DNA of 64,000 nt from Octopus vulgaris (Eukaryota). The notes under the pieces are model-generated. The model did no database searches, was not told the DNA's origin, and saw only the letters and a list, made by a program, of their open reading frames with translations. The stretch covers positions 806,001 to 870,000 of the forward strand of contig OX597825.1 of NCBI GenBank assembly GCA_951406725.2, read 5' to 3'. The translations under genes and the position numbers were made by a program. The first letter of the stretch is position 1, and the number at the start of each line of letters is the position of its first letter. This document shows positions 52,417 through 64,000 of this stretch, one piece after another.

Positions 52417-52909
52417 AAGATAAATTAAACAGAGAGATATTCTATTGACAATCCAATAATTTATTTGTATTACAATATTACATGATATACTATGATTACA
52501 ATATATCATAACATAATATTATATAACATAAACAATTATTTAAAAAAAACATAAGAGGCGAACATATTGTTTCGACTTATGTATGTTTTTTCTGATATAC
52601 ATATGCATAATAACAGTTCTCTTATATATAAAGTCACTTCAGGGTCATGGTTTAAATATAGACGAAATTGCAGCCATCCTTTCTCATGGAATTTCGTCTA
52701 TATTTAAAGCATGACCCTGAAGTGACATTACATATAAGGGAACTGTAATTATGTATGTATAGCAGAAAAAATATATTCAAGTCGAAACAATTTGTTGGCC
52801 TCTTATGGTTTTTTAAATAATTGTTTATTTTATATAATATTCATAGTATATCATGTAATATAAATAAATTATTAGATTCTCTATAGTATCTCTCTATTTA
52901 ATTTATCTT
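52417..52909. repeat. Long imperfect inverted repeat (fold-back, ~490 bp)
   Basis: Left arm 52417-52669 is the reverse complement of right arm 52690-52909, e.g. gtcacttcagggtcatggtttaaatatagacgaaatt / aatttcgtctatatttaaagcatgaccctgaagtgac. Confidence 0.92.
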
Positions 52910-52932
52910 TAAATAAATATATATACACACAT

Positions 52933-52995
<63 letters not shown>

Positions 52996-54201
52996 GTTAG
53001 TAGATAATTTTCTCATCTAATATCTTGTGCAAAACGGATTTGTAAGATTGACTGTAATGAATCTATACTGCTGCATACTTTGATTACGCGCGCGTGTGCA
53101 CACACGCTCTCTCTCTCTCTCTCTCACACACACACATAAAACACTTGCCTAAGGTATCACATTTTGTGGCTGCACCTGAATCCATGTGACCACAAAGTAA
53201 AATTTTTAATTACATGCTCATATTTGCACCATTATATTAGAAAAATATGAAATGCTTCACAGATTTAACTGACATTTACATACTTATAAAATTTTTATTT
53301 GTCAACATGTCAGTATGAGAGGCTAAAAATACAATGAATAAAAGAAAAAAACAAAGAACTGTCTGTCGCAGAGTATTTTTATATTGCTTAAGACTTTTTG
53401 CAACTCATTCAAAACAGATGCAGATATGGCTGTATGGTTAAACTATTTGCTTTTGCAGCTACCATGGTCTCACGTTCAATTCCACTGTGTGGCGCTACAG
53501 TCAAATGTTTTCTAGGTTCAGATCAACCAAAACATTGAGAATGAAATTTGGAAGCTTCTAGAATGAAATGTTCCTATTCTTGGGTGGTAACCTTAATGTC
53601 ACAATCACTTAAAAATGATTTTCTGATCACTGAATGAATTTGGTAGAGTCTGTGAGGTTTCAAGCGTTTCTGCTAGGTCTCATGCCTCAGATTATTTTAC
53701 TTCTTTTCTCTAGATTCAAACATAGCCTGAAAAGGGACAGGGGAACTGCATTTCTCTTCTCTCTGACTGGCCAATAGTCAAAAAATATCTGATTTACTAC
53801 AACTCAACAACATATTGATAGGAATCCAATTATGTGAGAGTGAAACTAAACATTCTTCCTAGAAGACTAATGTACTTTCAAATGATTTGATGATAGGTTT
53901 CCTAGCAACACATTTTCAACATCTTCTTGTATTATATGTGAAGTTACTTGCACTCTTAAATCATTTAAAATCTAGTAAAATCTATAAATGTCATTGCAAT
54001 ACCTGAAAAAGAAAATGTGCAAATATTTCACACAAACAAATGTTTTGTTGCTATTTTAATAGATTTTACACAGACAGGGGAAAAACAAACAACAAAATTA
54101 GCTAACTAGATACATACAAACATACATATAAATATATATTTGTATATAAAAATAAATATACATAAACTGTATGTGTATAAATGTATGTATGTATGTATGT
54201 A

Positions 54202-54235
<34 letters not shown>

Positions 54236-54281
54236 CACACACACGTATATATAAATATATATAGATATATAAATATCTCAC

Positions 54282-54318
<37 letters not shown>

Positions 54319-54332
54319 TGTGTATCCATATG

Positions 54333-54379
<47 letters not shown>

Positions 54380-55597
54380 TATGTTTGTGTGTGGGTAAAT
54401 AATTGAATATAACGGAAACAAAAATCTAGCGCTTTAGTTGATTATGCATTTGTGTAAAAAAATTAGAGGGTGTTTGGCTTGAGGAAAATCTAAGTGTATA
54501 GCTGAAAAGTCACATTCTATATAGGTGAACAGAGAAAAGAAATAGAGGGAGGGGAAAAGAGGAATTATTATTTCCTGTAATAATTATCTGAAGTCATTAA
54601 GGAATAAAAAGAGTGTCAACATTAAATTAATATGCTGTTTATTTTTATCTGTAATTTGGTTGTTTACCTCTTTTAATACCAACAACTTGGAAGGTGTCCA
54701 TATTAAAGTGTTTGTATTTAGATCAAAATCTCATTATAATATAAATGACATCATGAGGCTCCGTTTAGTCGATGCCAGCATATGTGGTGCTGTAGAGATT
54801 TTATTAAACCACTTCAAAATGTTATCATATTGTAAAATGATAGAAAAATATAGGCTATCTACTCATTTGGAATCTAGTCATGAAATGGTTTTTTTGAAAA
54901 AAATGTACTTTAATACTATTGATGATTGTCTGTTTCAGAAATACGTTATCTTGGAGCGGGCATGCATACTGTCAACTGATAATAAAAAGACAGCAGTACA
55001 AATATTTATATATTTTTATATTCCTAAGCAAACTGTAAATAACAGTTTCAAATTTTGGCACTAAATCAGCAATTTTTATAAGGGGAAAGTAATAGTTAAT
55101 TATATCAGCCACCAGTGTTCAAGTGGTACTTATTTAATCAACCCCAAAAAAGATGAAAAGAAAAGTTGACATCAGCAAGACTTGAACTCAGAAGAAATGC
55201 TGGGGCAGGGATGGTTCAGCCGGTTCACTGACTTCATGTCAACTATAAATAACAACAACAAATCATTAAAGAGAGTTAACTAATTAGCGACAAGATAACC
55301 CCTGTGTGGTTGCTTGACATGCTAGGAATAGCAACCAAATAAAACCATACTGTCTTACAAAAAGACATTAGATAATGTGGCTTCCTGGATTCCTTCTGTA
55401 TAGGAAATAGACAGGATGGTCACAGCTGGAATGCCTTTAATCATGAGTCTTCTTGATCAGGTCTGATCTAGGAGCTAAAACAACAATGGCAAATGACATA
55501 GTGGACAATGTACTTATATACACTAAAAATGACCATGGCTGGAATGCATTTGATCATAGGTGTACTTGATCAAAACTGGTTTGGAGTGAAATGATTG

Positions 55598-55806
55598 GAG
55601 TACTGAAAAGTTCCTGGCTTTAAGGATATCACGAAAGGCCTGGCTGGAGGCCCAACTTTCTGGGTTCTTTTATAGGGCTTAGAAAAACTGAAGGACCACT
55701 GCAATAAGTATGCAAACCTGAGAGGGGAATATGTTGAGTAAAATCATAATTGACTGACCTGTATTTTCTTTTACCCAAAGCCAGGAATTTTTCAATACCC
55801 CCTCAT
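55598..55806 (+). mobile_element. Mariner-derived MITE (~210 bp)
   Basis: Inverted ends gtactgaaaagttcctggcttt / aaagccaggaatttttcaatac...ctcata. The interior encodes the mariner C-terminus KAWLEAQ..GLEKLKDHCNKYANLRGEYVE*. Confidence 0.8.
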
Positions 55807-56339
55807 ATATCAACAGAATAACAAACAAAGTAGCAATCAGCTTCTGATCTCCCCCAAATCCCACTTTACCATCTTTAAAAAGAAAAAGATATACACATTG
55901 GATAGTATAGACCCAAATACAATACGGGAAAATGATAGGATAAGGATAGCTATAATGACTTTAATCACAGCCTTACTCAACCAAGGTTAACCAGGGGGTG
56001 GGGGTGGATGGGAGGTTCAACAAAAACAATAAGATGGCTTAAGTACAAAAGAAAAGAAGTAAAAATTTAATGTACTGAAGGAAATAATTCAAATGGTATG
56101 AATCTATCTTATAATAATGAAAGCTGCTTATTAATTATTTTGGAGTATGCAACTTTTACTAGAAGAGAGCAATTATTAAAGTCTACACTGTGAAGAAATT
56201 TTGTATACATCTAGTTTTAGTATATTTTTATCAACATGTGGTTTTTAATTTCTTTTTACTTTTGAAGACTTCTACATTCTACATGATTCAGCCACAAAAC
56301 TAAATCATTATTCACTGTGATGTGGTTATTTTACACTGT

Positions 56340-56572
56340 GACATAGCAGTTTTTAACACTTCCGTTTATACTTTGGTACAACTGTAGAAGTTATTTCACC
56401 CTTACTAACAATAACTCTGAGCACCTTTTCAAACTCCACCTGTCTAACACTCGTGGACATGTCTACAATGTCAGAAAACAGCACAGCTCCCATGACTTTA
56501 GGAAACATTTTTTTATGCTAAGTGTTGCTGAAGCATGGAACAAACTGCTGGCATCAGTTGTTAGTTGTTGGA
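56340..56572 (+). mobile_element. CR1-like LINE 3' end
   Basis: Reads NTRGHVYNVRKQHSSHDFRKHFF then (approx.) SVAEAWNKL.ASVV, the canonical CR1 ORF2 C-terminus. Confidence 0.75.
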
Positions 56573-56664
56573 GCAAAATTAATTCATAATTAATTGAAAT
56601 TGCATTTTATATTGGAGAACCCCCCCCCTCCAAATCTTACAAGCTAGGTGCAACTGTTATTGAT

Positions 56665-57308
56665 ATCTTGGGCAATTGTGCCTAGGACTGACCAAAGCCT
56701 CGTGAGCAGATTTGGTAGAAGGAAACTGAACGAAGCCCATCATGTGTATGGGTGCATGTGTGTGCATGTGTTTGCTTCCCTGCACTGTTTGACAACCAGT
56801 GTTTGTTTGTTTACAGCCATGTAACTTAATGGTTCAGCAAAAAAGCAACAAACTGCTAGATTAAGTACCAGGTTTTAAAAAAATATAACAAGTGCTGAGG
56901 GTTGATTTGTTTGTCTAAGCTGCAGTGGCTGCAGTCTAATGACTGAAACAAGTAAAAGAAAAATGATACTGAAAGAAAAGGGGAGAGAAATTCAAGAAAT
57001 GAAGAATTAATCTCTCATGCTTTGTGAGGGAATAATATGATCTTTATTTTTAGGCAAGAGACAACTAGAGGCTTGTTTTAATCTATTGGGCTTTATCAGC
57101 ATAGAACAGCTCACTTGGATGCTAGCCATGCTGGGACACAGCCTTGATGGGTTTGGGTGAGAAAAAATCAACCTTGGTGTTTATTTTTAATACTGGCACT
57201 TATTCCCACAGTCTCTTTTGCCAAACCACTAAGTTACAGGGATGTAAACAAACAAACACCAGTTCTCAAGTGGTAGTGGATGACAAACACAAGCACACAT
57301 GCACACAT

Positions 57309-57354
<46 letters not shown>

Positions 57355-57502
57355 ACAATGGGCATCTTTCAGTTCCCATCTACGAAATCTACCCACAAGG
57401 CTTTCGTTACCCTGGGGTATAGAGAAAAACACCTAAGATGCCATTTGGTGGGAATGACCTGGAACCATGCAGTTAAGAACCAGGTTTCTTACCACACAGC
57501 CA
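56665..57502. mobile_element. Two diverged SINE family A copies in convergent orientation (~56665-56960 +, ~57190-57502 -)
   Basis: cttgggcaa..gaccaaagcctcgtgag..atgactgaaacaagtaaaag on plus; reverse-complement equivalents at 57190-57502. Confidence 0.7.
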
Positions 57503-58179
57503 TAACTACACTTTGCATAATTAAAACTAAAATGAGCAAAGGAAAATAAGCTCAATTAGATGGAACATGAAGAATTTGAATGGATAAGTTAAATTAAGGG
57601 CAACCTCATAAATGCCAAAAGGATTTCAGGTCTGATTTCAACTTTGGCAACAATCTTTCATTTCAATATTTCAGTTTCTTTTGTTCATCTAAAAATATTT
57701 GTCATCAGAGTATTTGTGTAAGAACCTTTTATACAGCAGCAGCTGTCTTGGTTTCGCTTGTTATTATTGATATTGTTGTTTATCACACAGGACAAACTTG
57801 ATTGAACAAAGCTATGATCAGAGGGTAGCCAGCCATGAAAACCCATCCATAGTTATCTAGGTTTATATTAACCAGAGATTGTCTGGATTTAATCTGATAT
57901 TTCTGATGTTTAGCTCCAATTCAACTGTAAATGGGTAGACCTATGACAGATGCAATCCATGACCTTTTGTTTTTTAAGGGTCTTTGAGATTGGTACGAAA
58001 AAGTGAGGAAGTTATCCTTAAACTAGAGCCTAAGCCTGAATTCTTGTAACAGAAGGCAATCTACAAGAGATACTTAAGAATTAGACAGTGGTGCTAAACT
58101 GAGCAACAAATTAAGTCTACCAACCAAGAACTCAGAACCAAAGTAGCCAAAACAAATACCACAAGGTACCTTAACTGGT

Positions 58180-58625
58180 CCACCACACAGTGGGTGGGTG
58201 GAGCTTGTGCACCTCATAATTCTGAGAGCTATGTCAATAAAGCATAAGCTCCTGGATGGGCCTCCCATGTTGGACAGATCAATGGATAGGGGCCAGTCCA
58301 ATAAGGACCACTTCTTTCAGAGGTGAAAACGAGTTTGCATAGAACCAACATTCCTAATTAGAAAAAAAAACAACATAATAGAAGTATTGATGACAATTCA
58401 AAAAATTATAAGAATTGGGAGGGGAAGGCATTTCTCAGGGAAACATGACCTGTCAAGTCCTGACCTGGAACCCACGAGGGTGGCACAAGTGAGGTTCTAA
58501 AAATAGCTGGAGGCAAGTTACTGAAACAGAGCTAATAAAGCAGAGATCCCGCTGGAAAGAAGCAGAAAACACGAGAGCAATAGGGAAAAGTTGTTGATGC
58601 CCCATAGGGAGTTTAGGGCTTAAGC
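58180..58625 (+). mobile_element. Degraded, probably internally deleted RTE-like element
   Basis: 58450-58560 reads QVLTWNPRG..K*GSKNSWRQ, resembling the RTE C-terminal WNPxGKRKRGRPKNTWRR motif. The upstream GC-richer part may be 5' UTR (inference). Confidence 0.5.
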
Positions 58626-61600
58626 AAAGAAAGTATCTCATCCATACTCAGTCAATCCTCTGTCAGGGTTTGGTACTTTATTGACCCCAAAAGGATGAAA
58701 CGCAAAGTTGACTTCAGGGATATTTGAACTCTGAGTACAGAATATTTTGTCTTGGTTTTCAAGAATCTTTCTCAAGATGGCAAAGTGTAATTTGAAAGAT
58801 ATTTAGCAGGTTAAAAGATTGGTGTGATAACTTGTCAGCTCATTAAAGTTGTTGTTTGACCCTAGTTCAGCACTACCATTTGGCTTCTGACCATCCTGTC
58901 TTATAGATAGAACAGGGCTACATTATCCAATGTATTTTTCTTTTCTTAAGATAATAGGGTTTGATATGAGAGAGAGAGAGAGAGAGAGAGTTGGCTGCCT
59001 GGTATTTCGAGTTGCTTTTAAGTTGATATTAATAACAGATTTCACTTGAATGGTTTTTCCCAAGCAGTCAAACAGCTTAGTACCAATACTACTTAACTAC
59101 TATAATCAGTATTTCTAATATAAATTGGCTAGACATCTAATATTTCAGAGACATATAAGAAAGTGAAAGTTATATTGTTCCTAAATCAAAAGAAAAGTTA
59201 ACGATTGCTGTTTGGTTTCATATCTAGAATAGCCTGGAATACATATAATCTCTCTTTGATAAATTGCTAAAAATTGATGGTGATGATAAATCATTTCAGA
59301 GAAAATAATTACAGACTTTTGGTTTTCTAACTCAACATCTTCATATACTAAAATGCTATGTCTTGAAGTTAGAACATTCTTCGACTGTATATATATATAT
59401 GTATTTATTCAAGATGAGTTTACAGTGATGACTGTTTTCCGAAAAAAAAAAAAAAAAACGAAGCAGGATAAAAAAGCAAAAACAAAAGAATGACAATGTT
59501 CTGGTGTAGTGATTTTACTTCTTTCTGTATTGTTTATCAAAGTGACATTTTCTGTTATTATAAATGACTGAGTCAGAGTAGAAAGGACAGTAGCTATGAT
59601 GCTTTTTATTTGATGGAAGTGAGAAAATAATCTGAAAATGGGAAATCTGGCTAGATTGTTTGAAACAGCATGGGCCCTTCTAAAGGCGCTCAAGGACCAG
59701 GAGAACATATTAAACTGGGTTACATATTAAGACAGAGAAAAACAGATCTCTGTAAAACGAACATTAAATTTTTAATTGAAAATGTATGGCATATAATCAG
59801 TTAGAGCTAACTACATATTAGGTTGATTTTAAGTTATTCAATAAAGCAAAGCTAATTAGTATTAAAAAGCTAATTAGAAATAATTATGCAAAAAGAAAAA
59901 AAAATCAATATCAGTTCAGTTGCTAATATTTATAAGGGGGGGGGGGTCAGCAAGTAAGGGAGATAACTCAGGAGATGGTCTTAGTGAAATAGAATTTCCA
60001 CTGCACTTGCTGAAGTAGTGATGAAAGACTATAAATAAGCATAGAAGATTTGTTGGGATAGCAAAACAGAAGAAATGGTTCTGAGACACCATCCACAAGA
60101 GAAACAATGGTTCTGTCAGTGGTAACATATTTAATGTCAGAAACATTGAAATGTTAACTAGAAGAGAAATGTTAACACTGACTTAACTAGTGATTTTTTT
60201 CATGTGGATTGCGTCTCAGAATATTTTATTTCTTTCTTAGTTGGCTTATCAAATAAGATATGCAAATTACTTCATAAAAAAAAAATAATCATATAAAAAA
60301 TAACAATGTAATTTAAATTTTTTTCTAAAACATTTAAACTAAATCAAATCATTTGAATAAAAATAAGTATAAAAGTTTTGCTCATTACCTCCATCTGAAC
60401 CACCACCACCACCACCTTTCCTTCCTGCAAAAAGTAGAGAGAGAAAAAAAAATATATTCGATAAATTTTGTTATAAAGGTAGACACATAAAACAATAAAA
60501 CTTTGGCTAAATTTCTTCAAATCCAAAGAAAAAAAAAGTCAATATTTTCTGATTATTTTGATTAAGTATTTAAAAACCAGATGCTGAATATATTTTCAAT
60601 CTTGTGATTCCTTCTAGAATACTTAAAATTTTGACTGACTGAATATTATTTTGTAGAAATGTCCAAGTCCTTTTGTGCCCAAACTTTTCCTGGAGATCTT
60701 AACCTTCTGAGGCTCACATTGGCCATTAGAAGCATCACTTTCACCTGACACCCAACAGTCTGGGACGGCCAGCAAAGGCTATGGGCATTCTTCCTCATTC
60801 TCCCACTTCCTTATATAAACAAAAGTTATAAAATATATTAATTAACCAAACAGATGTGGAATCCTGATTAACCTAGAAGTTAAAGAACCTTGTTTTTACA
60901 TTCATAAATATTTTTTAAGGATTATTTAAAAGTTAATGCCCTTCGCAGGCATCTGAAGCTGGGGAAGATTGATTAAAAGACTACAACTAACGAGATGCTA
61001 CAGCAGGGAACTGTGTTTATTCTCAGACAGGATGTCAAATTTTGCCCCCCTCCCCAAGGCACCACAATTCCCTCTCAGCTGTGTACATTTTCATATGTAG
61101 TTTCTAACCAATGCACAAAAAGTTGGTTGTCTAAAGTAACATTGAAATAATTATATTTATTACACATTCAGTGTGGACATAATTTTGTCATAGGATAGCT
61201 TTTGCTTAAAACAAGAGTTTTGTAAATATTGTATGGTACCGTTGAAACTTTACCATAACCATTGCCTGTTAAATATAAATGGAAGAGAGAGAGGGAGAGG
61301 TCTTCGTTTCATATGAATACTTTTTAAAGTGTCATTCTGACAAATGCTAGGTTTTTAAATAATATTCCCTTTATTTGTTAATTAGAAGTGAGTTGATGAG
61401 GAAAGCATTTCTAAAAGTTCATTTTCGATGAAATCAGCAAAATTTGATCTTGGAGAAATTATATACCTGTATATATAGATTTACACATATGAAGAATATA
61501 GGGGGAAAGAAAGGCTCGAGAATAGTGATGACTAAAGTGTGTGATTGGATGGGAATATGTGAGTGTATACAAAATGTGTGTAGATAGATACAGAGATGCT

Positions 61601-62114
61601 TATACATAGGAAAATAGGAAGGAAATAGCAAGAAATATACAAATAGAAAAGAAAACAGAGGGATAGAGGGGAAACTAAGGTTTAGAGCAGTGGTTTTCAA
61701 ATGATATGCCATGGTTAATAATTATTTAATAAACAAATATAATTAATAAGACAAGGTAAGCAAGATTTTCTATATTTTTTTTCTAAATTCTTAACATTTA
61801 AAACAAAAGCAAGTTTTAAATGTTAACTTTCCATGTGAAGAATACCATTTTTTTTTAAGGTTTTGATCCTTTGTGTGTTATGAAATCCCAGAAATGGAGA
61901 CCCAGTGATGCGGTTCCTTGAAAGAGGAACTGTCACCCTAGAATTATCCTAGAATTGTGCCCCTTTTGTTGTCATCACAAATCAAGAATTAAATGGGCGG
62001 GGAGGGTTAACATCATTTAACAATTAAAAATAATCTTTAATTAATTAAAATTACACCTGTAATGAAAAGAAAAATCATTAGCATTAATGATAATTCTTGT
62101 CAAGAAAGGCTAAG

Positions 62115-62880
62115 GGAGCATCTATGTGGTCATCTGGAAAAAATAGCAAGATCAATCTCTTTCAAATCACAGTCGACCTTCTTCAAAAAAGGAAGGACAC
62201 ATTGATATTCTACATCTGAAAGCAAAAAGACAGAATGGTCGTGACTTTTAATCATAACTTTATTAGATCAGGGCTGACCTTGGACTAAGCAACAATAACA
62301 CCAGCACCACCCCCACCATTCTGGAATTGGATGCTCTACAGCTGCCTCACAGGGCCAACTGAAGCCAGTGAGGAAGCTTCTATGTGGTTATTCATACTGA
62401 TAGAAATAGTAGCCAAGTGTCTCAAATAAAAACCCTGCCATCTTAGAAAAAGTGCACATTGTATAATGAAGTCCGAGGTACACAAAGCCTGAAAAAAACG
62501 AGGCAGTCATCGCTGAATGCTTTTGATTATAGATTTGTCCAGTCAGGACTGGTGTGGGCTTAAACAGCATATCACTAAAACAACAACCCAAACAACAACA
62601 ATGAAAAACACTACCAACACCACCATCACAGCAACAACAATAAAAAACATAAGAGAGAGAGAGACTGTCATTATTCGACCTACTAGAAACAACAACCAAA
62701 TCTCCCTCTCACATCACACTATTGTCTTTAAATTGGAAGGACGCTTTGGAATATGTTGCTTTTAGATACACTAAGGCTGAAAAAGAAAAAAAAAAGGTGG
62801 AATAGTCATGACTGGAATGTCTTTGATCATAGATGCATTTGATCGTGGTTGATCTTGGTCAAAACAGTAACAAAACAATA
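62115..62880 (+). repeat. Cluster of three head-to-tail copies of an ~200-bp (AAC)n-tailed dispersed repeat (family C)
   Basis: Unit approx. ctatgtgg..gacctgctagaaatagcagccaaatctccctcaaatcacacc..ggacacattggataatgtag..gtcatggctggaatgcctttgatcatag..gggctgacctggggctaaacaacaac, recurring at many sites (see findings). Confidence 0.8.
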
Positions 62881-63087
62881 GCAAGGAAGATACATTGAAT
62901 AATTAAATAATAAAACACTGACTTATTTAAACCAGTGTCGTTTGCTTGAACTAAAATCTGTTTGAAATCCATGGGGCCAGATTGTTCTCATTTTATAGTT
63001 CCTTATGAAGGATATTCTCTTATTAGTTATTCTCTTGTGATATTGTTTGTTCATTTTCTTCTTGAACCAGAGTACATGTATATGTGC

Positions 63088-63126
<39 letters not shown>

Positions 63127-63299
63127 CATACACCCAATGTCTCACAGAATAATTAGGTCATAGAAATTAGGAGCCTTAACTCTTCATCCTTTTAATAGAA
63201 TATCCCAATGGAATAAAAACAATCTAGCCCTATGGATTTAATAAGGGGCTTCATCCATCTTCTCCTCCTACTATTCCTGAGAGGGTCATAGGAGTAGAG

Positions 63300-63600
63300 T
63301 CCTCAGTCACATTCTCCATAGGTTACTATTAGAAGCAACTGTTAATAGAATTTTTTTGACTGGATTCCGAAGCACGATGACCAACCGAGACTACGGATAT
63401 TATTCAACCATTTTGTTCCTTGTCTACCCTCGGTCTCCTGCTGGTTGGATCACTTTGAAGAATCCATTTTGCAATTCTTTCCTGGGACATTCGAATCACA
63501 CGCCTGAAGTACCAGAGCTGTGATCTCTCAATGCGGAGAAGTGGTAGCTCGGCCTGAAGTGATTTCCTGGTCTCTGAGCTTTGTACCCTGTTCGGTGGTA
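63300..63600 (-). mobile_element. RTE (Expander/Rex3-like) LINE 3' end fragment
   Basis: ORF 63404-63703: LLRIERSQLWYFRRVIRMSQERIAKWILQSDPTSRRPR; same family as 28520-28790. Confidence 0.75.
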
Positions 63601-64000
63601 AAGGGTTCAGTACAAAATTTCCAAGAATGTTATAAAAATTGACAGGCACCTGCAGAAGATTGGGGTTTTCAAAAGTCAGAAGACTGTGAAGAATAACAAC
63701 CAAAGTGAAGACATTAGACCAAATATATCAATGCATAAAAATGATAATTTGTCATCTCGGAATAATGTAGACTTGGATATACTCTGTCTGTAAAACAAAA
63801 AGAGACTTTTGGTCATAGCTCTGCTAGTTCAGAGCTGATTTCTGGCTAAATGCAACAACAGCAGCAACAACATCAAAAACAGCAACAACATCAAAACCAA
63901 CAACAATCAAACCAAAAAAAAACTACTATAAATCTTCATTATTATATTCTTCAACATGGTTTTATATCTGCTTTCCATATTGGATGAGTTATAGGTTTGC

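Noticed and set aside
53800-54990. Minus-strand splice-like signals (acceptor near 54003, donor near 54667) as possible UTR exons, and plus ORF 54660-55064
   Set aside because: No convincing coding frame or recognisable protein; cannot be supported without transcripts.

Overview
AT-rich, microsatellite-dense metazoan DNA. The SINE/LINE repertoire and (TA)n/(CA)n/(TATG)n density suggest an Octopus-type coleoid cephalopod (inference). Only one host coding exon is well supported: a 288-nt phase-1/phase-1 exon on the minus strand (31496-31783) encoding an Ig domain resembling the second Ig domain of Dpr/zig-8-like neural surface proteins, so most of the window is probably intron or flank of that gene. 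The rest is transposon debris: RTE, Hero-like, R4/Dong-like, CR1/L2-like and Penelope fragments, DD37D-like and mariner relics, a Helentron-type HINE, a probable hAT MITE, four tRNA-derived SINE families, RTE 3' tails, and an (AAC)n-tailed repeat forming head-to-tail clusters. Most ORFs in the track are microsatellite artefacts. Two things stand out. First, dispersed minimal type-I hammerhead ribozyme motifs with palindromic stem III (Penelope style), one inside a ~240-bp inverted-repeat-bounded element and two inside a ~490-bp fold-back. Second, several long inverted repeats that could form dsRNA in a pre-mRNA. Repeat boundaries were read by eye and are approximate unless stated as exact.
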